Counted from the first letter of the stretch, positions 1 to 9,346 are shown. The stretch is DNA of 32,000 bases from Cupriavidus necator (GCF_016127575.1 NZ_CP066018.1:2130001-2162000); one strand, 5' to 3'. A program made the numbers and translations. Notes: a model not told the origin generated them from the letters alone.

Positions 1-339
1 GATCTGGTTGTTGTCCAGGTCAGTGGTGATCATGGCCTGCGCCGTGAAGGTCTCCGGCAGCACGCGGATGTGGCCGGTGGGGATCTCCAGCTTGCGCAGG
101 TAGTCCAGATAGGGTTCGGCATCGGCGCCGACGGTGGCCATCACCACGGGATCGCCGCCCAGCATCTTCAGCGTGTAGGCGATGTTGCCGGCGCAGCCGC
201 CGAACTCGCGGCGCATGCCGGGCACCAGGAACGAGACGTTCAGCATGTGGATCTGGTCCGGCAGGATGTGTTCACGGAAGCGTCCATCGAACGTCATGAT
301 GGTGTCGTAGGCGACGGAGCCGCAGATCAGGCTGGCCAT
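1..339 (-). CDS. PfkB-family carbohydrate/adenosine kinase, N-terminal 113 codons only (gene runs off the left edge)
   Basis: Absent from the ORF track because it is truncated. My reverse-strand translation from the ATG at 339-337 reads MASLICGSVAYDTIMTFDGRFREHILPDQIHMLNVSFLVPGMRREFGGCAGNIAYTLKMLGGDPVVMATVGADAEPYLDYL... and stays open to position 1. GGCAGNIA fits the PfkB/ribokinase N-terminal signature, and GC3 bias is strong. Confidence 0.75.
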   Translation of the reverse strand, partial: MASLICGSVAYDTIMTFDGRFREHILPDQIHMLNVSFLVPGMRREFGGCAGNIAYTLKMLGGDPVVMATVGADAEPYLDYLRKLEIPTGHIRVLPETFTAQAMITTDLDNNQI

Positions 340-400
340 GCTCTCTCCAGGTGTTGGGGTGATTGGTGGAATGGAGCCCTTGCGGGCAGTATCGGTCGGG

Positions 401-470
401 CAGAAAACAAAAAGCGGCCGCCCCGGGATGCGGGCGGCCGCTGCCGCCCGGGAACCCGCGGGTTCCCGGG
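401..470 (-). terminator. Intrinsic terminator downstream of tpx (two tandem GC hairpins plus T-tract on the minus strand)
   Basis: A perfect 24-nt palindrome CCCGGGAACCCGCGGGTTCCCGGG lies at 447-470. A second hairpin pairs GCGGCCGCCC (414-423) with GGGCGGCCGC (432-441). On the minus strand it is followed by TTTTTGTTTTCTG (413-401). Confidence 0.75.
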
Positions 471-482
471 CGTGCCGCTGAT

Positions 483-983
483 TTACTTCAGCGCGGCCAG
501 GGCTGCGTCGTAGTCCGGCTCGGTCTTGATTTCCGGCACCAGCTGGCTGTACTTGACGGTGTCGTTCTCGTCGAGCACCACCACGGCACGTGCGGTCACG
601 CCGGCCAGCGGGCCGGACTTGATGTCCACGCCGTAGTTGCCCTTGAACTCGGCGCCGCGCATGGTCGACAGCGGCACCACGTTGGCCAGGCCTTCAGCGG
701 TGCAGAAGCGGCCCATGGCGAACGGCAGGTCGGCCGAGATCGTCAGCACCACGGTGTTGGCGAGGCCGCTGGCGGCTTCATTGAACTTGCGCGCGGAGGC
801 CTGGCACACCGGGGTGTCCAGGCTCGGGACGATGTTCAGCACCTTGCGCTTGCCGGCGAAGTCAGCCAGCGTGACGTCCTTCAGGTCCTTGCCGACCAGC
901 GAGAAGGCGGGGGCCTTGTCGCCGGCTTGCGGGAACTTGCCTGCGACTTCGATGGCGTTGCCGCCGAGGGTGACGTTGCTCAT
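483..983 (-). CDS. tpx: Thiol peroxidase (atypical 2-Cys peroxiredoxin Tpx)
   Basis: The 166-aa ORF has peroxidatic Cys in the SLDTPVC context and resolving Cys in GRFC. Full-length resemblance to Tpx. ATG start is preceded by AAGGAG. Confidence 0.93.
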   Translation of the reverse strand: MSNVTLGGNAIEVAGKFPQAGDKAPAFSLVGKDLKDVTLADFAGKRKVLNIVPSLDTPVCQASARKFNEAASGLANTVVLTISADLPFAMGRFCTAEGLANVVPLSTMRGAEFKGNYGVDIKSGPLAGVTARAVVVLDENDTVKYSQLVPEIKTEPDYDAALAALK

Positions 984-1082
984 GTCTACTCCTTGTTGTC
1001 TGATGGATTTCCGGTTCGTGTCCGGAGCGGGGGGCGCGGCCTGCCGCCGGACTCGGATCCGGTCCGGCGGCGGGCCAGGGAT

Positions 1083-2579
1083 TCAGGGGTAAAAAATCAG
1101 CACGCGATAGTTGGCCGGCGCCTGCTGCGTCCGGAATCGTACCCGAACCGGCAGCTCCATGCCCGCGCGAAGACCCTGCGCGGCAAAGGCCTTTTGCGAC
1201 GGCTCCAGGTACTCCGCGGGTTGCAGCACGCGGCGCAGCAGCAGCTGGTCCTGCAGGTCGGTCATCACCAGCTCGATCGCGGGCAGGGCGGTGCTGGCGC
1301 GGCCCAGGTTGCGCAGCGTGACCGACAGCAGGTAGGTGTCGCCGTCTTCATCCTGGCGCTGCAGCTGCGAGGTCTCGATGCGCAGCGCATCGATGTCGCG
1401 CCATGGCGGCACGTCGCAGCCCAGCGGCGCGCAGGCGGCCTCGAGTGCCGGGCGCAGCATCGGGAACTGGCCGGCCAGCTGGCTGCGTGCCAGGTAGACC
1501 ACTTGCACGGCAGCGGCGATGGCAAGCACCACGGCGGCCACGCGCCAGGCGGAGCGGGGCACCGTCACGGGCTTGCGGGGCTGCCGTTCGCGCTCGCGCT
1601 CGCGCTCGCGCTCACGCGCGTGGCGCAGGAAGTCGGGGGCGAAGACCGGGCCGGCCGGTGCTTCGGTGCGTGCCCAGCGGCGCGTGGTCTGCTCGCGCGC
1701 GACGGCGCCGCCGGTGACGCTGGACGGCTGTCCGGTGTCGGGGGCGTTGTCGTCGTCGCCAACGGTGGGTGAGGTGGGCGCGGCAGGCGAGGTGGCAAGG
1801 CGGGCCGATGCCTCATCCGGCCATGCGGTCGGCTCGGACCCGGCATCGGCAGACGCCGCGCGCAGGAACTCGCTTGCGCTGGGGATGTTGGCAGCGGGTG
1901 CCACTGGCACGGGCTTGGCGTCAGCATCAGCCGGTTGCGGTGCTGCCGGTGCCGCCGCAGCGGCCGGGGAGGGGGGCGGTGCGGCCGGGGTATCGAGCGC
2001 GCCGTGATCGAGTGCCGGCCAGGCGGACGCGGACGCCGCTTGTGCCGGCTGTGCCGGCGCATCCTCGGCGGGTTCCGGTGCCGTGACGGGGGCGGGCCCG
2101 GCCGCCTCCGGGCCGGCAGCCTGGCGTTCCGCCTCGCGCGCATCGCGATGGGCGACGGCTTCGTTGGCTTCGCGCAGCGCCTGCTCGATCTCTACGTCTT
2201 CCATGCCGGCGGGTGCCGGCATGGCCATGTCCTCCGGCGACGACATCAGCATCGTCGGCGCATCCAGCGCCGGCACGTCATAGCCGGGGTCGATGGTCGG
2301 GGTGAAGGCAGGCTGCGGCGCAGGCGCGGCTTTAGCCAATGCGGGCGCCGCCGAGGGGGCGGGAGGGGTGGCCGGCGAAGCAGCCGCCGATGGCGCCGAT
2401 GACGCCGATGATGCAGCACCGGCCGGCAGCGGAATCTCGATCAGGTGCTCGCGCGCGTCGAACACCGTTTCGCACTGGCCGCAGCGCACCAGGCCCTGGC
2501 GCAGGCGCAACTGGTCGGCGACCAGCCGGAAGGCGGTACGGCAGGCCGGGCAGCGCGTGACTAGCTTGACGGCGGCCAT
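1083..2579 (-). CDS. Zinc-ribbon (MJ0042-type) plus DUF3426-like membrane protein with a long Ala/Pro-rich linker
   Basis: The N-terminus has CPAC...17 aa...CGQC (MAAVKLVTRCPACRTAFRLVADQLRLRQGLVRCGQCETVF). About 300 aa of A/P/S-rich low complexity follow, then one hydrophobic helix (WRVAAVVLAIAAAVQVVYLA) and a roughly 140-aa C-terminal domain. ATG at 2579. From memory, its position next to prmA is typical for Burkholderiales. Confidence 0.8.
   Translation of the reverse strand: MAAVKLVTRCPACRTAFRLVADQLRLRQGLVRCGQCETVFDAREHLIEIPLPAGAASSASSAPSAAASPATPPAPSAAPALAKAAPAPQPAFTPTIDPGYDVPALDAPTMLMSSPEDMAMPAPAGMEDVEIEQALREANEAVAHRDAREAERQAAGPEAAGPAPVTAPEPAEDAPAQPAQAASASAWPALDHGALDTPAAPPPSPAAAAAPAAPQPADADAKPVPVAPAANIPSASEFLRAASADAGSEPTAWPDEASARLATSPAAPTSPTVGDDDNAPDTGQPSSVTGGAVAREQTTRRWARTEAPAGPVFAPDFLRHARERERERERERQPRKPVTVPRSAWRVAAVVLAIAAAVQVVYLARSQLAGQFPMLRPALEAACAPLGCDVPPWRDIDALRIETSQLQRQDEDGDTYLLSVTLRNLGRASTALPAIELVMTDLQDQLLLRRVLQPAEYLEPSQKAFAAQGLRAGMELPVRVRFRTQQAPANYRVLIFYP
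1587..1616. repeat. In-frame hexanucleotide microsatellite (5 units) inside the DUF3426 gene, encoding (Arg-Glu)5
   Basis: Plus strand reads TTCGCG CTCGCG CTCGCG CTCGCG CTCACG. The minus-strand codons are CGT GAG (CGC GAG)x3 CGC GAA, matching RERERERERE in the ORF translation. Confidence 0.9.
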
Positions 2580-2588
2580 CGGTGTGAA

Positions 2589-3491
2589 TCAGGGTTGGGC
2601 GCCGCGGGTGCCATGCAGGCACACCCAGCCTTCCTCGCTGCGCCACACCGTCAGCGGCAGCCAGGGCGCGTAGGCCGCGGCGACTTCATCCGCCTGGCGT
2701 TCCAGCACGCCGGACAGCACCAGCCGTCCGCCGGCGCGCACGCGCGCGCTCAGCATGGCGGCCATCAGCTTGAGCGGATTGGACAGGATGTTGGCGACCA
2801 CCAGGTCATAGCTGGCCTCGGACACCGATTCGGGCAGCGCGAACGAGGCTTCCACGCGGTTGCGCTCGGCGTTGTAGCGCGACGCTTCCACCGCGTTGGG
2901 ATCGATGTCGATGCCGACGGTATCGCCGGCGCCCAGCTTGCGTGCCACGATGGCCAGGATGCCGGAGCCGCAGCCGTAGTCGAGCACGGTTTCGCCCGGC
3001 TTCAGGTTCTGCTCCAGCCACTGCATGCACAGCCGCGTGGTGGGATGGCTGCCGGTGCCAAAGGCCAGGCCGGGGTCCAGTTCCAGCACCACGGCATCGG
3101 GCTCGGGTGCATCGTGCCACGACGGCACCACCCAGATGCGCTCGCCGATGCGGATCGGCTCGAACTGGGATTGCGTCAGCCGCACCCAGTCCTGGTCCTC
3201 GACCGCGCGCAGCTGGTAGGCCGGCACCGGGTCGATGCCGAGCTGGTTGGCGGCTGCCGCCACCACCACGGCCGGATCGGCATCGTCGCCGAACAGCGCC
3301 ACCACGCGCGAGCGGTTCCACGCGAGTTGCTTCGGTTCCAGCCCGGGCTCGCCAAAGAGCGGCTGCTCGTCGGGCGTGTCGGCATCGGCGTCTTCCACCG
3401 AGACCGACAGCGCGCCGAGGTCGAACAGGGCATCAGACCAGGCTTCGGCCTGGTCCTGCGCCACTTCGATCACACATTCCTGAAATGCCAC
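2589..3491 (-). CDS. prmA: Ribosomal protein L11 methyltransferase
   Basis: The 300-aa ORF shows PrmA-like architecture and the SAM-binding motif [16 protein letters not shown] start at 3491 is preceded by AAGGAAG. Confidence 0.92.
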   Translation of the reverse strand: MAFQECVIEVAQDQAEAWSDALFDLGALSVSVEDADADTPDEQPLFGEPGLEPKQLAWNRSRVVALFGDDADPAVVVAAAANQLGIDPVPAYQLRAVEDQDWVRLTQSQFEPIRIGERIWVVPSWHDAPEPDAVVLELDPGLAFGTGSHPTTRLCMQWLEQNLKPGETVLDYGCGSGILAIVARKLGAGDTVGIDIDPNAVEASRYNAERNRVEASFALPESVSEASYDLVVANILSNPLKLMAAMLSARVRAGGRLVLSGVLERQADEVAAAYAPWLPLTVWRSEEGWVCLHGTRGAQP

Positions 3492-3539
3492 GGGCTTCCT
3501 TGCTTGCTGCTTGTGTATTGCGGATAACGTTGCGTTGCG

Positions 3540-4892
3540 TCAGGCCTTCGCGCGCTCCGCCAGGCGATGCTCGAGATAGTGGATGCTGGTGCCGCCTTCA
3601 ACGAAGTTGGCGTCCATCATCAGCTCGCGGTGCAGCGGCACGTTGGTCTGGATCCCGTCCACCACCATTTCCGACAGCGCGATGCGCATGCGGGCAATGG
3701 CCTGCTCGCGCGTGGCGCCGTAAGTGATGATCTTGCCGATCATCGAATCGTAGTTGGGCGGGACGAAGTAACCATCATACGCGTGCGAGTCGACCCGCAC
3801 ACCCGGGCCGCCGGGCATGTGCCAGGCGGTGATGCGGCCCGGCGACGGCGTGAACTTGAACGGATCCTCGGCGTTCACGCGGCATTCGATCGCGTGGCCA
3901 CGGAACTGCACGTCCTTCTGGCGCAAGCGCAGCTTCTCGCCGAAGGCGATGCGGATCTGCTCCTGGACGATGTCGATGCCGGTGATCATCTCGGTGACCG
4001 GGTGCTCGACCTGCACGCGCGTGTTCATCTCGATGAAGTAGAACTCGTTGTTCTCGTACAGGAACTCGAACGTGCCGGCGCCGCGGTAGCCCATCTTCTT
4101 GCAGGCCTCGGCGCAGCGGTCGCCGATGCGCTCGATCAGGCGGCGCGGAATGTGCGGTGCGGGAGCTTCCTCGATCACCTTCTGGTGGCGGCGCTGCATC
4201 GAGCAGTCGCGCTCGCCCAGCCAGATCGCCTGGCGGTGCTGGTCGGCGAGGATCTGGATTTCCACATGGCGCGGGTTCTCAAGGAACTTCTCCATGTAGA
4301 CCTCGGGATTGCCGAAGGCGCGGCCGGCTTCTTCACGCGTCATGTTGACGGCGTTGATCAGCGCGGCTTCCGTGTGCACCACGCGCATGCCGCGGCCACC
4401 GCCGCCGCCGGCGGCCTTGATGATCACCGGGTAGCCCACGCGGCGCGCGGTGGCCAGGATTTCCTTGGGGTCGTCGGGCAGGGCGCCGTCCGAGCCGGGC
4501 ACGCACGGCACGCCGGCCTTGATCATGGCTTGCTTGGCCGACACCTTGTCGCCCATCAGGCGGATGCTGTCGGCGGTCGGGCCGATAAAGACAAAGCCGG
4601 ATTTCTCCACGCGCTCGGCAAAATCGGCGTTCTCGGACAGGAAGCCGTAGCCGGGGTGGATGGCCTGCGCGTCGGTCACTTCGGCGGCCGAGATGATGGC
4701 CGGCATGTTCAGGTACGACAGCGGCGACGGGGCCGGGCCGATGCAGACGGCTTCGTCTGCCAGGCGTACATACTTGGCCTCTTTGTCGGCCTCGGAGTAC
4801 ACCACGACTGTCTTGATGCCCAGTTCGCGGCAGGCGCGCTGGATGCGAAGAGCGATTTCGCCGCGGTTCGCGATCAGAATTTTTTCAAACAT
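3540..4892 (-). CDS. accC: Acetyl-CoA carboxylase biotin carboxylase subunit
   Basis: Begins [37 protein letters not shown], with the ATP-grasp glycine loop [15 protein letters not shown] place the start at the internal ATG 4892. The ORF-track extension to 5066 is Arg/Pro-rich and not AccC-like. Confidence 0.95.
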   Translation of the reverse strand: MFEKILIANRGEIALRIQRACRELGIKTVVVYSEADKEAKYVRLADEAVCIGPAPSPLSYLNMPAIISAAEVTDAQAIHPGYGFLSENADFAERVEKSGFVFIGPTADSIRLMGDKVSAKQAMIKAGVPCVPGSDGALPDDPKEILATARRVGYPVIIKAAGGGGGRGMRVVHTEAALINAVNMTREEAGRAFGNPEVYMEKFLENPRHVEIQILADQHRQAIWLGERDCSMQRRHQKVIEEAPAPHIPRRLIERIGDRCAEACKKMGYRGAGTFEFLYENNEFYFIEMNTRVQVEHPVTEMITGIDIVQEQIRIAFGEKLRLRQKDVQFRGHAIECRVNAEDPFKFTPSPGRITAWHMPGGPGVRVDSHAYDGYFVPPNYDSMIGKIITYGATREQAIARMRIALSEMVVDGIQTNVPLHRELMMDANFVEGGTSIHYLEHRLAERAKA

Positions 4893-4993
4893 GGTCTCTC
4901 TCTGCGAGAACAGTAGCGGTCCCGCTGCGCGCCGCAATGGCACGCCGGGCGCGCGGCCCGGGGGCTGTCGCCGCCGCGGCCGCCATACTGCGC

Positions 4994-5018
4994 GGAACTG
5001 CATGGAACTGCACGGAAC
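4994..5018. repeat. Tandem 10-bp direct repeat (2.5 copies) in the accB-accC spacer
   Basis: GGAACTGCAT (4994-5003), GGAACTGCAC (5004-5013) and GGAAC (5014-5018), read directly from the sequence. Confidence 0.85.
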
Positions 5019-5138
5019 GGGCCGCGAAGCCCACAACGTCCCTGGCGCCAAACAACGCCATTGCATGCCGCGCGGGCGCTGCTGCGGGGGCCACTTGCGT
5101 GGCCGGTGGCAGCGTGCGGCGTGGCATGCCGGTCAGGA

Positions 5139-5606
5139 TCAGCCGATCACGAACAGCGGCTGGCCGTATTCGACGGCCTGGCCGTTCTCGACCAGGATTT
5201 CCTTGATGACGCCGGCCTTGTCGCACTCGATTTCGTTGAGCAGCTTCATGGCTTCGATGATGCAGACGGTCTGGCCTTCCTTGACCGAGTCGCCGACGTT
5301 GACGAACGGCGCGGCACCCGGCGACGGCGCGCGGTAGAACGTGCCCACCATCGGCGAGGTCACCACGTGGCCGGCGGGCAGCTGGGCGGCGGCGGGCTCT
5401 GCAGCCGGAGCCACGGCACCGGCGGCCGGTGCGGCGGCCGCGGCGGGCGGCAGCGCCTGCATCTGCGGCATGGCCATCGGCGCGGCGACGATTTGCGGCG
5501 GTTGCTTGACGATGCGTACCTTGCCGTCGCCTTCGGTGACTTCCAGCTCGGAGATGCCGGATTCGGCCACCAGGTCGATAAGCGTCTTCAGCTTGCGCAG
5601 GTCCAT
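5139..5606 (-). CDS. accB: Acetyl-CoA carboxylase biotin carboxyl carrier protein
   Basis: Begins [23 protein letters not shown], followed by an Ala/Pro linker and the biotinylation motif [16 protein letters not shown] at 5606 is preceded by AGGAGG (about 5614-5619). Confidence 0.95.
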   Translation of the reverse strand: MDLRKLKTLIDLVAESGISELEVTEGDGKVRIVKQPPQIVAAPMAMPQMQALPPAAAAAPAAGAVAPAAEPAAAQLPAGHVVTSPMVGTFYRAPSPGAAPFVNVGDSVKEGQTVCIIEAMKLLNEIECDKAGVIKEILVENGQAVEYGQPLFVIG

Positions 5607-5773
5607 CTTTTTATCCTCCTGAATCGGGTTATCCGGCCGCGCTGCCCGGGACGGGCCGCGGCGGAAGAATCGTGTTGCCGGCCACCGGAAATCCGCGCCC
5701 GCCGTGCCGAGGCACGCCAACGGGCGCAGGCCGCCGGGCGGCGCGCGCAGGTTGTTGAAAAAATCTTGGGAGT

Positions 5774-6271
5774 TCAGCTCCCCGAACTCTCGGGTGGCGG
5801 CTGCTCCTGGCCCAGCACATAGTCCAGCGCCAGCAGGTAACCCTGCCAGCCAAGCCCGCAGATCACTCCGACCGCCACGTCGGAGAAATAGGAGTGGTGG
5901 CGAAAGCTTTCGCGCCGGTGCACGTTGGACAGGTGCACCTCGACGAACGGGATCGCCACGCCGGCGAGGGCATCGCGCAGTGCCACGCTGGTATGCGTGT
6001 AGGCAGCCGGGTTGATGATGATGAACTCGACCCCTTCCGCGCGTGCGGCGTGGATGCGGTCGACCAGTGCCCCCTCATGGTTGGACTGGAACGTATCCAG
6101 CGAAACGCCGGCTTTTGCCGCGCGTTCGGCCAGGGCCGCGTCGATGTCGGCAAGCGTCGTGTGCCCGTAGGTTTCCGGCTCGCGCGTGCCCAGCAGGTTC
6201 AGGTTCGGCCCATGCAGGACCAGCACCTTGCGGTAGCGGGCTGAGCGACGGATAGAGCGGGTTGCAGTCAC
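5774..6271 (-). CDS. aroQ: Type II 3-dehydroquinate dehydratase
   Basis: Contains [27 protein letters not shown] and [10 protein letters not shown] motifs. The annotated start is GTG at 6271. An internal GTG about 15 codons downstream is an alternative, so the start is uncertain. Confidence 0.9.
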   Translation of the reverse strand: MTATRSIRRSARYRKVLVLHGPNLNLLGTREPETYGHTTLADIDAALAERAAKAGVSLDTFQSNHEGALVDRIHAARAEGVEFIIINPAAYTHTSVALRDALAGVAIPFVEVHLSNVHRRESFRHHSYFSDVAVGVICGLGWQGYLLALDYVLGQEQPPPESSGS

Positions 6272-6422
6272 GGCGGCTCGACCAGATCAACGAAATTGCG
6301 CGGAGATTACCGTAGCTTAGAGGGATTTGTCTAGCGCGCGATACAAGGCTTGGCGACCTTGCGCGGCGCTTTGGCGGCCCTTTAAGCACTTTCCGGCAGT
6401 TTTGGCGCCCCCGGGAAACAAA

Positions 6423-6449
6423 TCGCTGAAGAAAAACGAAATTCAGCGA
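6423..6449 (-). terminator. Possible weak terminator hairpin downstream of the TlpA-like gene
   Basis: An 8-bp stem pairs TCGCTGAA (6423-6430) with TTCAGCGA (6442-6449) around an 11-nt loop. On the minus strand it is followed by the T-rich ATTTGTTTCC. The stem is short and AT-containing, so support is weak. Confidence 0.3.
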
Positions 6450-6467
6450 ATTTGGCGGAAGAATAGC

Positions 6468-7016
6468 TCAGGCTCGTGGCAGCACTGCCCGCAGTTCCTC
6501 GGCCGTCACCCGTCCCATCTTGCGGTACTTGACCGATCCGTCCGGGTTGATCACCACCGTGTAGGGCAGGCCGCCGGCGCTGTTGCCGAAGTTGCGCGAC
6601 AGCTCGGTGCCGGCAAAACCGGCCACGGCGAGCGGGTAGGCCACCGGGACCTTGGTGGTGAACTGCTGGATATTGGCGGCTGAATCGATGCCGATGCCGA
6701 CAAACTCCACCTGGCGGTCCTTGTATTCCTCATGCAGCGCGGTCAGCTCCGGCATTTCCTCGACACACGGCCCGCACCAGGGCGCCCAGAAGTTGATCAC
6801 CACGGTCTTGCCGCGCAGCTTGCCCAGGTCCAGGTCGGCGCCGGCGGCGTCGGGCAGGCGTGTCTGGAAGAAGGTTTCCACCGCCTGGTCGCTGGCGGGC
6901 TTGGGCGAGAACACGAAATGGCCGGCCAGTGCGCCAGCGGCGCAGGCAACCACGGCCACGGCGATCCACAGCCAGAGGCGGGAGCGGCGGGCGGGCGAGG
7001 AAACGGTTTCAGTCAT
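6468..7016 (-). CDS. TlpA/ResA-family thiol-disulfide oxidoreductase (membrane-anchored thioredoxin fold)
   Basis: From ATG 7016 it reads MTETVSSPARRSRLWLWIAVAVVACAAGALAG (N-terminal anchor), then FWAPWCGPC (CXXC). The ORF-track extension to 7199 overlaps the upstream gene and is not thioredoxin-like. Confidence 0.88.
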   Translation of the reverse strand: MTETVSSPARRSRLWLWIAVAVVACAAGALAGHFVFSPKPASDQAVETFFQTRLPDAAGADLDLGKLRGKTVVINFWAPWCGPCVEEMPELTALHEEYKDRQVEFVGIGIDSAANIQQFTTKVPVAYPLAVAGFAGTELSRNFGNSAGGLPYTVVINPDGSVKYRKMGRVTAEELRAVLPRA

Positions 7017-7050
7017 GGGATGGCTTGGACCAGTGAAGTGGGGCGGGCCG

Positions 7051-7740
7051 TCAGGCCGGGTCGGCATCGCCGGGCGCGTCCACCAGCGCCCGTACCGCCT
7101 GCAGGTCGGCGCGGGCCGGGCGCCCCGAGGCGTCGGCACGCACGGCGCCGCGTTCGTCGACGGCATCATACAGTGCAATATGAATGCCGACTGGGGCACC
7201 CAGTTCCGCGCGCACCTCGCCGGCGAGGAGCCGCGCCTCGCGGCGGTCGGGCCACTGGCCCTTCCACAGGAAGCTGAGGGTCTCGACCTCGCCGCGGCCG
7301 CCGAAATGCCGGCTCTCGCTGGTCTCGAAGTCCACGCCGGCGTTGATCAGGTACAGTGCCGCGTCCTTGGCGCTGTCGCAGAAGCACTGCAGATAGATAT
7401 CGGAGTGCTCGGTGGCGGTGCCGTTGAGCACGGCGCCGACCAGGTAAGGCCGGAACGGCGCCAGGTCTTCCATGGCCAGCACCGCCAGCCGGCGCAGCAG
7501 TGCCAGCACGCGGGGCTGGCTGTCGGCGTGGAACAGCGCCTGGTAGGCGCGCACTTCGGCTTCGACCTGTTCGTTGTCGGGCAGCCATTCGCCGGGCACG
7601 CGCTGCTCGCCCAGCACCTGGCGGGTGGCCTTGCGCTTGGCGGTGGCGTAGTCGGCACCGTCCTCGGCGATCATCCGGGCGGCAGCCTGGGCGATTTCCT
7701 CGCGCAGGCGGGTGGGGTCGGGGGTGGTGCGTCGGGTCAT
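7051..7740 (-). CDS. Conserved hypothetical protein with a degenerate pol-beta-type nucleotidyltransferase-like motif
   Basis: 229 aa from ATG 7740 (MTRRTTPDPTRLREEIAQAAARMIAEDG...). LVGAVLNGTATEHSDIYL resembles the hG[GS]x9-13DhDh NTase signature, but with GA and DIY. Strong GC3 bias supports coding. The function call is inference. Confidence 0.6.
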   Translation of the reverse strand: MTRRTTPDPTRLREEIAQAAARMIAEDGADYATAKRKATRQVLGEQRVPGEWLPDNEQVEAEVRAYQALFHADSQPRVLALLRRLAVLAMEDLAPFRPYLVGAVLNGTATEHSDIYLQCFCDSAKDAALYLINAGVDFETSESRHFGGRGEVETLSFLWKGQWPDRREARLLAGEVRAELGAPVGIHIALYDAVDERGAVRADASGRPARADLQAVRALVDAPGDADPA

Positions 7741-7942
7741 GCCCCATGATACCGGACGCTCCCGCGCAACCGGTGCGCGCGCTGCCGCAGTGCAGCGAAG
7801 GCCGCGGGCGCTCGGGTACAATCGGAGGCTTCCTGCCCGGCCACCGCACCGCAAGACACGGCCTGAAACAGCCGCCGTGCCGCCGCGCCACGCCGGGTGC
7901 CGAATCCCCACGCCTGCGGGCTTCAAGTCTTTCCGGGAACCC

Positions 7943-9328
7943 ATGCATATTCATATCCTTGGCATCTGCGGCACTTTCATGGGCGGCCTGGCGGTGCTGG
8001 CCAAAGAGGCCGGCCACCGCGTCACCGGCTGCGATGCCAATGTCTACCCGCCGATGAGCACCCAGCTCGAGGCCCAGGGGATCGAGCTGATCGAAGGCTT
8101 CGACCCCGCGCAACTGTCGCTGGAGCCGGACCTGTTCGTGATCGGCAACGTGGTCTCGCGCGGCAATCCGCTGATGGAGGCCATCCTCGACCGCAACCTG
8201 CCCTATGTGTCGGGTCCGCAATGGCTGGGCGAGCACGTGCTGGCGCGCAAGTGGGTGCTGGCGGTGGCCGGCACGCATGGCAAGACCACCACCACGTCGA
8301 TGCTGGCCTGGATCCTGGAGGATGCCGGCTACAACCCCGGCTTCCTGGTGGGCGGGGTGCCGCAGAACTTCGGCATCTCGGCGCGCGTGACCGAATCGGA
8401 CTTTTTCGTGATCGAGGCCGACGAGTACGACACCGCCTTCTTCGACAAGCGCAGCAAGTTTGTCCACTACCGCCCGCGCACCGCGATCCTGAACAACCTG
8501 GAATACGATCACGCCGACATCTTCCCGGATCTGGCGGCGATCGAGACCCAGTTCCACCACCTGGTGCGCACCGTGCCCGGCCAGGGCCGGATCGTCGTCA
8601 ACGGCGTGGAGGAAAGCCTGGCACGCGTGCTGGAGCGCGGCTGCTGGAGCGAAGTCGAGCAGTTTGGCGTGGGCGACTGGCGCGAGAGCGATGCCGCCGC
8701 CACTGCGGCGCCCGGCAAGGATGCTTTCGACGTCTGGTTTGGCGACGCCGTTCAGGGCACCGTGGTGTGGGACCTGCAGGGCACCCACAACCGCATGAAT
8801 GCGCTGGCCGCGATCGCCGCCGCGCGCCATGTGGGCGTGCCGGCCGCGCAGGCGATCGAATCGCTGTCCCGCTTTGCCAACGTCAAGCGCCGCATGGAAG
8901 TGCGCGGCGTGGCGGGCGGCGTGACCGTCTATGACGATTTCGCCCACCATCCGACCGCGATCCAGACCACGCTGGACGGGCTGCGCCGCCGCGTCGGCGA
9001 TGCCCGCATCCTGGCGGTGCTGGAGCCGCGCTCCAACACCATGAAGCTGGGCGTGATGAAGGCGCAACTGCCGGCCAGCCTGGAGCAGGCCGACCTGGTG
9101 TTCGGCTACGGCGCCCCGGCCGGCAAGGACGCGCTGGGCTGGGACCTGGCCGGATCGCTGGCGCCGCTGGGCGACAAGGCCGCCGCCTTCCAGGACCTGG
9201 GCACGCTGGTGCAGGCCGTGCGTGCCGCGGCGCAGCCGGGCGACCACGTGCTGGTGATGAGCAACGGCGGCTTCGGCGGCGTGCACCAGAAGCTGCTGGA
9301 CGCCCTGGGCCAAGGCGCCGCAAGCTGA
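7943..9328 (+). CDS. mpl: UDP-N-acetylmuramate:L-alanyl-gamma-D-glutamyl-meso-diaminopimelate ligase (murein peptide ligase)
   Basis: Begins MHIHILGICGTFMGGLAVLAKEAGHRVTGCDANVYPPMS, with the Mur-ligase P-loop VAGTHGKTTTTSM. The internal ATG 7943 is chosen over the ORF-track start 7712. Confidence 0.93.
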   Translation: MHIHILGICGTFMGGLAVLAKEAGHRVTGCDANVYPPMSTQLEAQGIELIEGFDPAQLSLEPDLFVIGNVVSRGNPLMEAILDRNLPYVSGPQWLGEHVLARKWVLAVAGTHGKTTTTSMLAWILEDAGYNPGFLVGGVPQNFGISARVTESDFFVIEADEYDTAFFDKRSKFVHYRPRTAILNNLEYDHADIFPDLAAIETQFHHLVRTVPGQGRIVVNGVEESLARVLERGCWSEVEQFGVGDWRESDAAATAAPGKDAFDVWFGDAVQGTVVWDLQGTHNRMNALAAIAAARHVGVPAAQAIESLSRFANVKRRMEVRGVAGGVTVYDDFAHHPTAIQTTLDGLRRRVGDARILAVLEPRSNTMKLGVMKAQLPASLEQADLVFGYGAPAGKDALGWDLAGSLAPLGDKAAAFQDLGTLVQAVRAAAQPGDHVLVMSNGGFGGVHQKLLDALGQGAAS

Positions 9329-9346
9329 CCAGCGGGAAGGACCACC

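Noticed and set aside
1587-1616. Short tandem repeat considered as a possible CRISPR or contingency locus
   Set aside because: It is only five contiguous 6-nt units with no spacers and lies inside a coding region. The unit length preserves the reading frame, so it cannot act as an on/off phase-variation switch.
363-1772. 469-aa plus-strand ORF
   Set aside because: It is antisense to tpx and the DUF3426 gene and also crosses their intergenic region. It has no domain features.
3567-4916. 449-aa plus-strand ORF, and similar long antisense ORFs at 14577-15731, 16472-17635, 17979-19010, 26705-27907 and 30705-31769
   Set aside because: Each is the mirror frame of a confidently identified gene (accC, aroE/mtgA, corA, EamA, rsmE, gap) and has shadow-ORF composition.
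4893-5066. N-terminal 58-codon extension of the accC ORF in the track
   Set aside because: Biotin carboxylases begin at the [14 protein letters not shown] motif. The extension is Arg/Pro/Trp-rich and lies in the accB-accC spacer. The same logic was applied to mpl (7712-7942), tkt (28476-28601), thiL (22260-22424), accB (5607-5720), the TlpA-like gene (7017-7199), the NTase-like gene (7741-7944), gap (30657-30719) and the EamA gene (18951-19013).
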